This document shows, in pieces, positions 29,083 to 39,223 of a stretch of DNA of 64,000 bases (position 1 is its first letter; every line of letters begins with the position of its first letter). Origin of the DNA: Tepidiformaceae bacterium (GTDB lineage Bacteria; Chloroflexota; Dehalococcoidia; Tepidiformales; Tepidiformaceae); NCBI GenBank assembly GCA_051003295.1, contig JBPCLM010000135.1, positions 1,053-65,052 of the forward strand. Direction: 5' to 3'. The notes under the pieces are model-generated. The model saw only the letters and a list, made by a program, of their open reading frames with translations. It was not told the origin of the DNA and made no database searches. The position numbers were made by a program, and so were the translations under genes.

Positions 29083-30714
29083 ATGCAGGACAGCCCTCAC
29101 GGGCGGGAGGCTCTTTTGGTGCACAGGCTGTTGAGCAAAACACGCATTCTTATCGCGGGGGTGGCCGCCCTCGTTGCGCTCACTGCCGCGTTCCCGCTCG
29201 TCGCGGCGCCCGGCATTCTTGGCGGTGTGGCCATGCCCTCCGGCGCGGAGAACACCGTCATCAACGTCCAGAACGTGGGCACCGCGAACGCTCTCATCGC
29301 CGTTGAGTACTACAACCCCGATGGCTCCCTCGTCTGTAGCAAGACCGTGACGGACGTCCCGCCGGGCAGCATCCGCAGCTTCTACCAGGCCACCGAGGCC
29401 TGCCTCGCCCCCGGCTTCCGCGGCGTGGGCGTGGTCTCTTCCGACCAGCCGATCGTCGCCCTCGAAGAGCGCGATATCCTCAACAGCGCCGACGACAAGA
29501 GCTACTCGATCGCGAACGCCGCCGCCACCGGCGGCTATAAGCTCGCCGTGCCCATCGCCCTCAACGAACTGGTGACCCACGACTGGAACAGCCGCATCGC
29601 CATCGTCAACGCCGGCACCGTGATGGCCTGCGTAAGGGCCACCCACTACCTGCAGCCCGATGTGGGCGGCACGCAGGTCGGTACCGTTGGCACTGTGGTC
29701 GACAGCCCTGCCGGGCTGCCCGGTTGCCCCGGTGGCGGACATCCCATCCCGGCCGGCGGCCAGCTCACCTATGGACGCGTCGGCTCTGGCGTGACGCAGT
29801 TCCCCGCGGCCACGAACAACAACGAAATGGCCATTCTCCTCGAGGTCCTGAACCCCGGCGATAACAGGATCGCCGCCAACGTCGACATCTACCGCAGCGA
29901 TGGCAACCGCCTCCTCGCTTCCTACACCGCCAGCGTCATCAACGACGCCGCCCCCGCCACCGACGATGTTGGCACCGACATCATCGTGCCCTTTGCCCTC
30001 AAGAGCGTCAGCGGCCATTACACGGAGATCGGCGCGATGGTGGTCGCCGGCGGACCTGCCGATGTGAACATCCAGTACATCGGCGTTGTCGAAGGCAGCG
30101 GCGTGCCCGTCAACCACACCGTCACCCTGCCCGGCGTCGCGAGCGTTGGCATCCACAGCATTTACGCAGCCAACGAATCGCAGATCCCGGTCGGCTTCAT
30201 CGGCTACGCGCGCATCACGTCGGCCGCCACCGTCGCCAGCCTCGTCATCCGCGGCAAGCAGACCTCGTTCCGCAGCGGTATCGATGAGGCCACCTACGCC
30301 GCCGCGAGTGGCGTGCCCGCCGACCAGGCGGGGACCAAGTGGAGCGTGCCGGCGGTCTTCCGCCGCTTCGCCGGGGGCGGCGTGTACGTCGGCTACAACA
30401 GCGAGATCCAGGTGCAGGTCGCCGATGGCTCCACGGCCAGCGTCACCATCACGATGCTCGGCGATCCGGCGAACGGTTGTTTTCCGATTGGGCCATTCAC
30501 CACCACCTACACCGTCGTCGGCAGCCAGAACTTCTACACGAACCTTGAGAGTGCCGCCGGTCCCAACGGATTTGGCAACAGCGCCCCCGACTGCTTCTTC
30601 GGCGGCGCCAGCATCACCGCGAACAAGCCGGTCATCGTCATCAGCAACATGACCAGCGATAAATTCCCCACCGGTGATACCGACGCCATGTTCAACGGCT
30701 TCAAGACGCAGTAG
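29083..30714 (+). CDS. secreted protein with ~4 internal beta-rich repeats, unknown family
   Basis: N-terminal signal-like helix (ILIAGVAALVALTAAFPLVAAP). Recurring pattern x-I-x-V-x-N-x-G...A-x-V...Y/G. Preceded by an AT-richer spacer with TAAGAT. Confidence 0.8.
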   Translation: MQDSPHGREALLVHRLLSKTRILIAGVAALVALTAAFPLVAAPGILGGVAMPSGAENTVINVQNVGTANALIAVEYYNPDGSLVCSKTVTDVPPGSIRSFYQATEACLAPGFRGVGVVSSDQPIVALEERDILNSADDKSYSIANAAATGGYKLAVPIALNELVTHDWNSRIAIVNAGTVMACVRATHYLQPDVGGTQVGTVGTVVDSPAGLPGCPGGGHPIPAGGQLTYGRVGSGVTQFPAATNNNEMAILLEVLNPGDNRIAANVDIYRSDGNRLLASYTASVINDAAPATDDVGTDIIVPFALKSVSGHYTEIGAMVVAGGPADVNIQYIGVVEGSGVPVNHTVTLPGVASVGIHSIYAANESQIPVGFIGYARITSAATVASLVIRGKQTSFRSGIDEATYAAASGVPADQAGTKWSVPAVFRRFAGGGVYVGYNSEIQVQVADGSTASVTITMLGDPANGCFPIGPFTTTYTVVGSQNFYTNLESAAGPNGFGNSAPDCFFGGASITANKPVIVISNMTSDKFPTGDTDAMFNGFKTQ

Positions 30715-30724
30715 CCTGCGTCCC

Positions 30725-32860
30725 ATGCAACCCCGGCGAACCAGCGCGGAGCGGGGGGGGCTTGCATCGCTCCCCCCGTTGCCGTCCCAGCCCTCCGTCT
30801 CTGTGGTCATCCCTGCCCTCAACGAAGGGCGCTACATCGGCGCCCTGCTCGAATCGCTCGAGGCCCAGACCTATCCCCCGCAGTCCCTGGACGTCATCGT
30901 CGCTGATGGCGGCAGCACCGATGACACGCGCGCCATCGTCGCCGCCGCCGCCACCCGCTGGCGCGCCTCCTTGCGCCTCGTCGAAAACCCTGTGCGCCGC
31001 ACGCCCGAAGGCCTCAACGCCGGCGTCGCCGCCGCGCACGGCGATGTCATCATCATCCTCGGTGGCCATTCGCTCGTAGATCCCGGCTTCATCCAGGAGA
31101 GTGTCAACGCGCTGCACGAAACGGGCGCTTGCGCCGCCGGTGGCGTCATCGAAGCGCGCGGCGAAGGACGCCTCGGCGGCGCCATCGCGGCGGCGCTCTC
31201 CCACCCCTTCGGCGTCGGCGATGCGCGCTTCCGCTACGCCACCGAGCCGGGCTACGTCGATACCATCGCCTTCGCCGCCTATCGCCGCGAATGCTTCGAA
31301 CTCCTCGGCGGCTTCGATACCGACCGTCACCTCGCCGTGGACGACTTCTTCAACTTCCGCGTCCGCGCCGCCGGCGGCCGCCTCTACCTCACTCCCGCCG
31401 TCAAGAGCGTGTACTTTTCGCGTTCCGGGCTGCGGCCCCTGGTAGGCCAGTATTTCGGCTACGGCCGCGCCAAGGGCATCTCTTCGGTGGAAGTGCCCGC
31501 TTCCATCCAGCCCCGCCACCTGGTCCCCGCGGCGACCGTCGTTGCCGGGGCTGTGGTCGGCGCGGCGGCCTTTCGTTCGCGCTTCGCTCGCATGGTGCTG
31601 GTGGTGGGGGTCGCCGCCTACGCCGTCCTCGCCGCCACCTCCGCCCGCCGCGGCGCAGCCCGCCGCGGCGACCCCTCCCTCGCCCCCCTCATCGCCGCCA
31701 CCTTCCCCGTCGTCCACGCCAGCTACGGTGCTGGCACGCTCGTGGGCACGACCAGGGCAGTCCTGCGGCGCCCACAGCGCCGGCCGGTCTCCGTCCTCCC
31801 CGCATCCGACCGTGCGGACGGTCTCCACAAAGGGCTCGCCTGGTTGCCGCAGCTGCCCCCGCAACCGCTCGTCTCCATCGTCATCCCCGCCTTCAACGAA
31901 GGGCGTCACATCGACGCGCTGTTGGAATCCCTCGAAGCCCAGACCTACCCGGCCGAATCCTTCGAAGCGATCGTCGCCGATGGCGGCAGCACCGATGGCA
32001 CACGCGCCATTGTGACCGCTGCCGCCGCCCGCTGGAGCGCCCCGCTCCGCCTGGTCGATAACCCCGGCCGGCGCACGCCCGAAGGCCTCAACGCGGGCAT
32101 CGCCGCCGCGAAGGGCGATGTCATCGTCATCCTCGGGGGCCACTCGCTCGTAGACCCGGGGTTCATCGTCGAGAGCGTGAACGCCCTCCGCGAAACCGGC
32201 GCCTGCGCCGCCGGCGGCGTCATCGAAGCGCGCGGCGAAGGCCGCCTCGGCAGCGCCATCGCCGCCGCCCTCTCCCACCCCTTCGGTGTCGGCGATGCCC
32301 GCTTCCGCTACGCCACCCACGCGGGTTACGTCGATACCATCGCCTTTGCTGCCTACCGCCGCGAATGCTTCGAGACCCTCGGCGGCTTCGATATCGACCG
32401 GCAGCAAGCGGAAGACGACTTCTTCAACTTCCGCATCCGCCAGGCCGGCGGCCGCCTCTACCTCACGCCTGCCGTTAGGAGCGTGTACTACGCGCGCGCC
32501 GGGCTGCGGTCGCTCGCCCGCCAGTACTTCGGCTATGGGCGCGCCAAGGGCCGCGTCTCCGTCGAGGTCCCGGCCTCCATCCAGCCGCGCCACCTCGTGC
32601 CCGCCGCCACCGTGGTTGCAGGACTCTTCCTGGCCACGGCCGGCACGCGTTCGTCGTTCGCACGCCGGGCGCTGTTCGCCGGCGGTGCCGCGTACGCTGC
32701 CCTCGCCGCAACCTCAGCGCGCCGCGCCTCCGCCCGCCGCCACGACCCGTCTCTCGCCCCACTCATCGCCGTCGCCTTCCCCGTCGTGCACACCAGCTAT
32801 GGCCTGGGCACGCTCGTGGGGGGGGTGCGCACGCTCTGGGCGGCCCGCCGCGGGCACTGA
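30725..32860 (+). CDS. tandem-duplicated, fused family 2 glycosyltransferase (two complete GT2 + TM modules)
   Basis: VSVVIPALNEG...DGGSTD and VSIVIPAFNEG...DGGSTD lie 1074 nt (358 codons) apart. The two halves are about 80% identical by eye. Confidence 0.85.
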   Translation: MQPRRTSAERGGLASLPPLPSQPSVSVVIPALNEGRYIGALLESLEAQTYPPQSLDVIVADGGSTDDTRAIVAAAATRWRASLRLVENPVRRTPEGLNAGVAAAHGDVIIILGGHSLVDPGFIQESVNALHETGACAAGGVIEARGEGRLGGAIAAALSHPFGVGDARFRYATEPGYVDTIAFAAYRRECFELLGGFDTDRHLAVDDFFNFRVRAAGGRLYLTPAVKSVYFSRSGLRPLVGQYFGYGRAKGISSVEVPASIQPRHLVPAATVVAGAVVGAAAFRSRFARMVLVVGVAAYAVLAATSARRGAARRGDPSLAPLIAATFPVVHASYGAGTLVGTTRAVLRRPQRRPVSVLPASDRADGLHKGLAWLPQLPPQPLVSIVIPAFNEGRHIDALLESLEAQTYPAESFEAIVADGGSTDGTRAIVTAAAARWSAPLRLVDNPGRRTPEGLNAGIAAAKGDVIVILGGHSLVDPGFIVESVNALRETGACAAGGVIEARGEGRLGSAIAAALSHPFGVGDARFRYATHAGYVDTIAFAAYRRECFETLGGFDIDRQQAEDDFFNFRIRQAGGRLYLTPAVRSVYYARAGLRSLARQYFGYGRAKGRVSVEVPASIQPRHLVPAATVVAGLFLATAGTRSSFARRALFAGGAAYAALAATSARRASARRHDPSLAPLIAVAFPVVHTSYGLGTLVGGVRTLWAARRGH

Positions 32861-32935
32861 GCGGCCCTCCCGCGGGACACGGCTCGCGGACACCCGCAGG
32901 CGCCGCTCACCGCACTCCCCCGACGGACCACCCAC

Positions 32936-33994
32936 CTACCCCAACTTCTCTATCGCCGTGACGATGCGCTCCGCCGCGTGGCCGTCCCCGTACACAGGCG
33001 GATGGGCTGCCCCGCGCGGTGGGTGCGCGATCGCCGCATGGATGGCTTCCGTCCCCGCGCCCACGAGCACGTTCCAGCCCAGTTCCAGAGTCTCCGTCCA
33101 TTCCGTGTTATCGCGCAGCGTGACGCAGGGTGTCTCCAGCAAGTAGGCCTCTTTCTGGAGCCCCCCGGAGTCCGTGATCACTGCTGTTGCCCCCCGTGCA
33201 AGCGAGACTGTATCGAGGTACCCCAGCGGCTCCACGGCGTGGACGTTGGGGGGTAGCAACACGCTGTCCGCGGCCATCGCGGCTCGTGTCCGCGGGTGCA
33301 CGGCGAAGACGGTGGTCCCGGCGGCGCTGAGCCCGGCCAGGATCGCCCGCAGCCGTGCGGCGTCGCCCGTGTTCGCCGCCCGGTGGACGGTGAGAAGGAA
33401 GTATGGCCCCGGCGCCACGCCGAGGCTCTCGAGCACCTCCGCCGCCGGGCGGGCACGTTCGCGGGCGCTGTAAAGCGCGTCGACCATGATGTCGCCTGTC
33501 ACCAGCGCCTTCGCTCCGAGCCCCTCCACTTCGAGGTTTCGCCGCCCGCTTTCAGTGGGTGAAAGGAGCAGGTCACAGCAGTGGTCCGCGACCACGCGAT
33601 TGATTTCCTCGGGCATGGTGCGGTCGAAGCTGCGCAGGCCCGCCTCCACGTGAGCGGAGCGTACGCCCAGCTTCGCGGCGGCCAATGCCCCCGCCAGCGT
33701 CGAATTCGTGTCGCCGAAGACCACCACCACATCCGGCTTGCGGCGGAGGATCTCGGCTTCGATGCCTTCAAGTGCGCGCGCGGTCATGGCCCCGTGCGCG
33801 CCCGACCCCACATGCAGGTTCACATCAGGTTCGGCGATGCCCAGCTCGTCGAAGAAGCGGGCGGACATGCCTTCGTCGTAGTGCTGACCGGTGTGGAGGA
33901 TGGTTTCGCGGTGGCCCCGGCGGCGCGCTTCCGCGGAGAACGGCGCTAGCTTGATGAATTGCGGCCGGGCGCCCACGACGGTGAGCAGATGCAT
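32936..33994 (-). CDS. wecB: UDP-N-acetylglucosamine 2-epimerase (non-hydrolysing)
   Basis: VVGARPQFIKLAP, HVEAGLRSFD, and a DSGGLQKEA-type motif. Confidence 0.92.
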   Translation of the reverse strand: MHLLTVVGARPQFIKLAPFSAEARRRGHRETILHTGQHYDEGMSARFFDELGIAEPDVNLHVGSGAHGAMTARALEGIEAEILRRKPDVVVVFGDTNSTLAGALAAAKLGVRSAHVEAGLRSFDRTMPEEINRVVADHCCDLLLSPTESGRRNLEVEGLGAKALVTGDIMVDALYSARERARPAAEVLESLGVAPGPYFLLTVHRAANTGDAARLRAILAGLSAAGTTVFAVHPRTRAAMAADSVLLPPNVHAVEPLGYLDTVSLARGATAVITDSGGLQKEAYLLETPCVTLRDNTEWTETLELGWNVLVGAGTEAIHAAIAHPPRGAAHPPVYGDGHAAERIVTAIEKLG

Positions 33995-34057
33995 GCCCTG
34001 AGGTTACCCGCGCGCCCGTTGCGGGCCATCAATCGGGGCCCGATCCGGCGCGGGGCC

Positions 34058-34119
34058 TGCACACCAGCTATGGCCTGGGCACGCTCATTGGGGCGGTCCG
34101 CACGCTCCTCCACCGCTGA
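34058..34119 (+). pseudogene. remnant of a GT2 3' end (third partial copy)
   Basis: tgcacaccagctatggcctgggcacgctc... encodes HTSYGLGTLIGAVRTLLHR-stop. Compare HTSYGLGTLVGGVRTLWAARRGH-stop at 32787-32860. Confidence 0.6.
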
Positions 34120-34256
34120 CTGCGCGCCGTCCCGCCCGTGCGTTACAATGGCGGCATCCCACCGCAGGATGTGCCGCCCCCGGTGCAGCGCCGCTCGCTC
34201 CCGCCTCCACGGCTTGGCGCCACGCTCACGAATCTCCGCGCGCACGCCTGTTACCC

Positions 34257-34907
34257 ATGACGAATCCTGACCGGCAGCCCCTCGCCACCCCCATGACCGT
34301 GGGCGTGCTTGCCCTCCAGGGCGACTTTCGCGAACACCGCGAAATGCTCGAAGCGATGGGCCAGAACGTCTGCGAAGTGCGCAAGCCCGCGCAGCTCGCG
34401 GGCCTCGATGCCCTCATCATCCCCGGCGGCGAAAGCACCACCATCGCCCGCCTCATCCTCAGTAACGGCTTCCAGCAGCCCCTGCGCGACTTCTGCGCGA
34501 GCGGCCGTCCCGTCTGGGGCACGTGCGCCGGAGCCATCCTCCTCGCCCGCTCCGTTGATCTCCTCGACCGCCCCGGGATAGAGATGATGGACATCGCTGT
34601 GCGCCGCAACGCCTTCGGCCGCCAGGCCGAAAGCTTCGAAGCCGCCCTCGATGTGCACGGGCTCGAAGGGCCCCCGTTCCACGCCGTCTTCATCCGCGCC
34701 CCTCTCATCGATTCTGTCAGCTCCCCTGCCGAGGCCATAGCCACCCTCCCCGATGGCACCATCGTCGCCGCCCGCCAGGGCAACCTCCTCGCGACCTCCT
34801 TCCACCCCGAACTCACCGGGGATTCGCGGCTGCACGCCTACTTCCTGCGCATGGCCGCCCGCGCGCCCGCGCAGCGCGCCGCCGCCGGCGCCGACCGATC
34901 GCCATGA
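34257..34907 (+). CDS. pdxT: pyridoxal 5'-phosphate synthase glutaminase subunit
   Basis: VGVLALQGDF, PGGESTT, GTCAG (Cys nucleophile) and FHPE. The start may instead be the internal ATG at 34293. Confidence 0.9.
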   Translation: MTNPDRQPLATPMTVGVLALQGDFREHREMLEAMGQNVCEVRKPAQLAGLDALIIPGGESTTIARLILSNGFQQPLRDFCASGRPVWGTCAGAILLARSVDLLDRPGIEMMDIAVRRNAFGRQAESFEAALDVHGLEGPPFHAVFIRAPLIDSVSSPAEAIATLPDGTIVAARQGNLLATSFHPELTGDSRLHAYFLRMAARAPAQRAAAGADRSP

Positions 34908-35833
34908 CCGAACTGCGCGCTGAATCCCTCAGCCCCATCGATGCCGCCACACTCTGGCCGCAACTGCGCCGCCTGGATACGGAGGTTATCGCCACGCGCG
35001 CGGGTGAAAACCTGCTGGTCTCTTCGGGGCTGGCAGCCACCGGTCTCACGCACCTGCCGCGCATGCCGCGCACCGCCGTTCTCGGCGTCAGGCGGGGCCT
35101 CCGCTACCGCGGCGTGCTCGTGGTGCGCGAACTTTCCGGCGGCGCCGCCTGGGAGGCCGCCTCCCTGCGCATCGCCCGCGAAAAGGATGACGAAGCCGTC
35201 CGCTCCCTCCTCGGCGCCGCCGGCATGGAAGTCGCGCGCCGCGGCGGGCGTTCGGTCTTCCTCCGTTACGCCGAAGGCTCCCCCCACGCTCCCGCCGTCC
35301 GCCAGGGCGGGTTCATGGCCTACTCCTTCGAACACCTCCACGCGCTCCCGGCGCAGCCCCAGCGTTCCCGCGAAACAGCCTTCCGCCCCGCCGCCCGCAG
35401 CGATAGGGCCGGTCTCTTCCGGCTCTACTGCAGCACCGTGCCCCAGAACGTTCGCCGCGAAGAAGCCACCATCCTCCAGGAATGGCGCGCCGTCCTCGAT
35501 TCCTACGACTGCCAGCGCCACTTCGTCCTCGAACAACAGGGCGCCCTCACCGCCTGGGTGGGCATCGGTGAACGCGAAGCCCACCTGCTCGCCGAGCCCG
35601 CCATCGAAGGCGCCGTCGATGCCGCCCTGGACCTCACCGAAGCCTACCTCGATGCGCGCGGCGTTGTCGTCATCAACGCCTTCCAGGGCGACATCGAACG
35701 CAACGCCCTCGTGCGGGGGTACACTGCGCTGGGGACCCGGCTGCTCTGCGTGCGGCGCCTTGCCGCCCTCAACCCGATCCCCGCCAAGGAGGTGGTCGCG
35801 GTCCCGGCCGATATGCCGCTGGCACCGCAATAA
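34904..35833 (+). CDS. hypothetical protein, GNAT-like (tentative)
   Basis: ATGA overlap with pdxT. High GC3. Weak acetyltransferase-like segments. Confidence 0.6.
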   Translation: MTELRAESLSPIDAATLWPQLRRLDTEVIATRAGENLLVSSGLAATGLTHLPRMPRTAVLGVRRGLRYRGVLVVRELSGGAAWEAASLRIAREKDDEAVRSLLGAAGMEVARRGGRSVFLRYAEGSPHAPAVRQGGFMAYSFEHLHALPAQPQRSRETAFRPAARSDRAGLFRLYCSTVPQNVRREEATILQEWRAVLDSYDCQRHFVLEQQGALTAWVGIGEREAHLLAEPAIEGAVDAALDLTEAYLDARGVVVINAFQGDIERNALVRGYTALGTRLLCVRRLAALNPIPAKEVVAVPADMPLAPQ

Positions 35834-35835
35834 CC

Positions 35836-37533
35836 GTGACCGATAGCAATCCCCTCGATACCGTTCCCGCCGAGCAGATCGTCACCGACGACCTCGACTT
35901 GCTCCTTGAGGCCCTTCCTTCCCACCTCTGCGAAGTCTTCCAGGAACCCGCCCGCCGCGAAGGGCTCCTCGAAGTCGTGATGGACCTCGGCCGCCTCCCG
36001 GAAGCCCGCTACCCCGGGCGCGAAGTCATCCTCAGCCGCGCCGAAGTCACCGAAGACGAACTCCAGTACGTCATCGAACGCGTCGGCGAATTCGGGCTCG
36101 ATAACCGCGCCGGCATCGAACGCACCCTCCACCGCATCTCCTGCATCCGCAACCGCAAGGGCAAGATCATCGGCCTCACCTGCCGCGTTGGCCGCGCCGT
36201 CTACGGCACCATCCGCGTCATCGAAGACCTCGTGCTCGGCGGCAAGAGCATCCTCCTCCTTGGCCGCCCCGGCGTCGGCAAGACCACCATGCTGCGCGAA
36301 GTCGCCCGCGTCCTCGCCGATGATGCCAACAAACGCGTTGTCATCGTCGATACCTCGAACGAAATCGGCGGCGATGGCGATATCCCCCACCCCGCCATCG
36401 GCGGCGCCCGCCGTATGCAGGTCGCCACGCCCCCCATGCAGCACGCCGTCATGATCGAAGCCGTCGAAAACCACATGCCCGAAGTGATCGTTATCGACGA
36501 AATCGGCACGGAGCTCGAAGCCGGCGCCGCCCGCACCATCGCCGAACGCGGCGTCCAGCTCGTTGGTACCGCTCACGGCACTTCGCTCGAAAACCTGATG
36601 GTGAACCCAACCCTCGCCGACCTCATCGGCGGCATCCAGTCGGTCACCCTCGGCGACGATGAAGCGCGCCGCCGCGGAACGCAGAAGTCCATCCTCGAAC
36701 GCAAAGCCCCGCCAACCTTCGATGTCATCGTGGAAATCCAGTCCTGGCAGAGAGTCGCCCTCCACGCCGATGTCGCGGCCACCGTCGATGCCCTCCTGCG
36801 TGGCTATCCCGCCCCCCCGGAAGTGCGCCAGCTCGGCCGCGGCGGCCGCATCGAAGTGATCGAAGACGACCGCGACGACGAGAGCGCCCCGCGCAGCATC
36901 CGCGGCGGCCGCCGCACGGGTCCCATGGCCACGCTCGAACTCGGGCTCGCCGCCCCCCGCCGCAACGGCCGCGACTACGCGCCCTACCCCGACGGCGGCG
37001 ATGGCATGGAGCGCATGCCCACGCGCCTGCGCGCCACCAGCGCCGATACCGCCGTCAAGCTCTACCCGTTCGGCCTTTCGCGCGCCCGCCTCGAACAGGC
37101 GATGCGCAGTACCGGCGTCCCCGTCGACCTCGTCACCGATATTCGCGAAGCCGACGCCCTCGTTACCCTGCGCAGCTACTACCGGCGCAAGCCACCAGCG
37201 GTGCGCGATGCCGAAGAGCGCTCCATCCCCATCTACGTGGTCAAGAGCAACACCGCCTACCAGATGGAACAGGTGCTGCTGCAATTTCGCGCCGGCGAAC
37301 ACGGCGGCCGCCGGGACCCCATGACCGAAGTGTTCAAGGAAACCGAGGATGCCATCGCGCGCGTCATGGATGAAGGCCGCGCCATCGAACTGCCCCCCGC
37401 GAACAGCTACGTCCGCCGCGTTCAGCACCAGATAGCGGGCCGCTTCAACCTCGAAAGCCAGAGCGCCGGGAAGGAACCCTACCGCCGCGTCACCATCCTC
37501 CCCTTCGCCCCCGGCAACTCCTCCCAGCGATGA
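35836..37533 (+). CDS. R3H-domain AAA ATPase (SpoIIIAA/Ycf45-like)
   Basis: Walker [10 protein letters not shown] and Walker [10 protein letters not shown]-terminal R3H-like [28 protein letters not shown]. Confidence 0.85.
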   Translation: MTDSNPLDTVPAEQIVTDDLDLLLEALPSHLCEVFQEPARREGLLEVVMDLGRLPEARYPGREVILSRAEVTEDELQYVIERVGEFGLDNRAGIERTLHRISCIRNRKGKIIGLTCRVGRAVYGTIRVIEDLVLGGKSILLLGRPGVGKTTMLREVARVLADDANKRVVIVDTSNEIGGDGDIPHPAIGGARRMQVATPPMQHAVMIEAVENHMPEVIVIDEIGTELEAGAARTIAERGVQLVGTAHGTSLENLMVNPTLADLIGGIQSVTLGDDEARRRGTQKSILERKAPPTFDVIVEIQSWQRVALHADVAATVDALLRGYPAPPEVRQLGRGGRIEVIEDDRDDESAPRSIRGGRRTGPMATLELGLAAPRRNGRDYAPYPDGGDGMERMPTRLRATSADTAVKLYPFGLSRARLEQAMRSTGVPVDLVTDIREADALVTLRSYYRRKPPAVRDAEERSIPIYVVKSNTAYQMEQVLLQFRAGEHGGRRDPMTEVFKETEDAIARVMDEGRAIELPPANSYVRRVQHQIAGRFNLESQSAGKEPYRRVTILPFAPGNSSQR

Positions 37534-37548
37534 CGAGGAGGCCAGCCC

Positions 37549-38235
37549 GTGGCCAACGCTGACCCGCCCCACGGCGCTGCTGCGCTGACGCCCATGGAGC
37601 ATCGCTTCATCGTCTTCGAAGGCGGCGAAGGCTCCGGCAAGAGCACGCTCGCGGCCGCCATCGCCCGCCGCCTCGAAGAAGCGGGCCACGATGTCGTGCT
37701 CACGCGCGAACCGGGCGGCACCACGGCCGGCGAACGCGTGCGCGAACTCCTCCACGAACCACTCACCCCCTGGGCCGAGGCCTTCGCCTTCCTCGCCGCC
37801 CGCGCCCAGATCGTGCACGAAGTCATCCGCCCCGCCCTCGAACGCGGCGCCATCGTCCTCTGCGACCGCTTTTCCGCCAGCACCTACGCCTACCAGGGCT
37901 ACGGCCGCGGCCTCGACCTGGCGACCCTCCGCGCCGCCAACGCCGCCGCCACCGGCGGCCTCGAACCCGACCTCGTGGTCTACCTCGATATCGACCCCGC
38001 CTCCGGCCTGCGCCGCCAGCGCGGCGAACCCGACCCCATCCGCACGGGCATCGAAGCGCTCGAATTCCACCGCCGCGTGTGGGCTGGCTACCGCTCGCTG
38101 ATGGCAGCCGCCACACCCGGCGCCTGGGTCACCGTCGATGCCACTCTCCCCCCCACGCGCGTGGAAGATTACCTCTGGGCCCTCCTCACCGAAGCCCCCG
38201 CCCTCCCCGCCTCGCAGCCCCCTCTGGTATCCTGA
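37549..38235 (+). CDS. tmk: thymidylate kinase
   Basis: GTG at 37549 after GAGGAGG. FEGGEGSGKST P-loop, REPGGT and DRF motifs. Confidence 0.9.
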   Translation: MANADPPHGAAALTPMEHRFIVFEGGEGSGKSTLAAAIARRLEEAGHDVVLTREPGGTTAGERVRELLHEPLTPWAEAFAFLAARAQIVHEVIRPALERGAIVLCDRFSASTYAYQGYGRGLDLATLRAANAAATGGLEPDLVVYLDIDPASGLRRQRGEPDPIRTGIEALEFHRRVWAGYRSLMAAATPGAWVTVDATLPPTRVEDYLWALLTEAPALPASQPPLVS

Positions 38236-38252
38236 CCCACCGGGGAGGCGGC

Positions 38253-39218
38253 ATGCGCTACATCATCTATGGGGCGGGCGCGGTCGGTGGCGTCATCGGC
38301 GGGCGTCTGGCGCAGTACGGCCACGATGTCGTCCTCATCGCCCGCGGCGCGCACCTCGAAGCCATTCGCGCCAATGGCCTCGTCCTCGAATCGCCCCTTG
38401 ATACTGTCACGCTGCCCGTGCCCGCCGCCGCGAATCCCGCCGAAGTCGATTTCCAGCCGGGCGATGCCGTCGTCCTCGCCATGAAGACGCAGGACACGCC
38501 CGCCGCCCTCCAGGAACTTGCTGCCGCCGCCGGGCCCGGCATCCCCGTCATCTGCGCCCAGAACGGCGTCGAAAACGAACGCCTCGCCCTGCGTTGCTTC
38601 GAACGCGTCTATGCCACCGCCGTCATGCTCCCGGCCACACACCTGGAGCCGGGCGTCGTGCAGGCCAACTCCGCCCCCACCAGCGGCATCCTCGATACCG
38701 GCCGCTACCCCTCCGGCAGCGATTCGTTCATCGAACGCTGGACCGCCGACCTCGAGACCGCCAGCTTCAGCGCGACGCCGGAACCGCGCATCATGCGCCG
38801 CAAGTACACCAAGCTCCTGATGAACCTGGGCAACGCCCTCCAGGCGATCTGCGGGGCCGAGGCCGACGGGCGCGATATCCTGCGCCGCGCCCGCGATGAA
38901 GCGATCACCTGCTATCGCGCCGCCGGCATCGATTGGGCCAGCGACGACGAGGACCGCCAGCGTCGCGCCGGCATGCTCAAGATAGCGCCCATCCGTGGCG
39001 CCACGCGCGGCGGTGGCTCGTCCTGGCAGAGCCTCGCGCGCGGCCGCACCACCATCGAAGCCGACTACCTCAACGGCGAAATCTGCTACCTGGGGCGCCT
39101 CCACGGTGTGCCCACGCCCGTCAACTCCCTGCTCCAGCACGAAGCCAACCGTGCCGCCCGCGAAGGCCGCCAGCCCGGCAGCACCACCGTGACGGAACTG
39201 CTCGCGAAGCTGGGTTAG
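38253..39218 (+). CDS. 2-dehydropantoate 2-reductase family (PanE/ApbA-like) oxidoreductase
   Basis: ATG at 38253 after GGGGAGG. IYGAGAVGGVIGGRLA Rossmann motif. Confidence 0.85.
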   Translation: MRYIIYGAGAVGGVIGGRLAQYGHDVVLIARGAHLEAIRANGLVLESPLDTVTLPVPAAANPAEVDFQPGDAVVLAMKTQDTPAALQELAAAAGPGIPVICAQNGVENERLALRCFERVYATAVMLPATHLEPGVVQANSAPTSGILDTGRYPSGSDSFIERWTADLETASFSATPEPRIMRRKYTKLLMNLGNALQAICGAEADGRDILRRARDEAITCYRAAGIDWASDDEDRQRRAGMLKIAPIRGATRGGGSSWQSLARGRTTIEADYLNGEICYLGRLHGVPTPVNSLLQHEANRAAREGRQPGSTTVTELLAKLG

Positions 39219-39223
39219 CCCGC

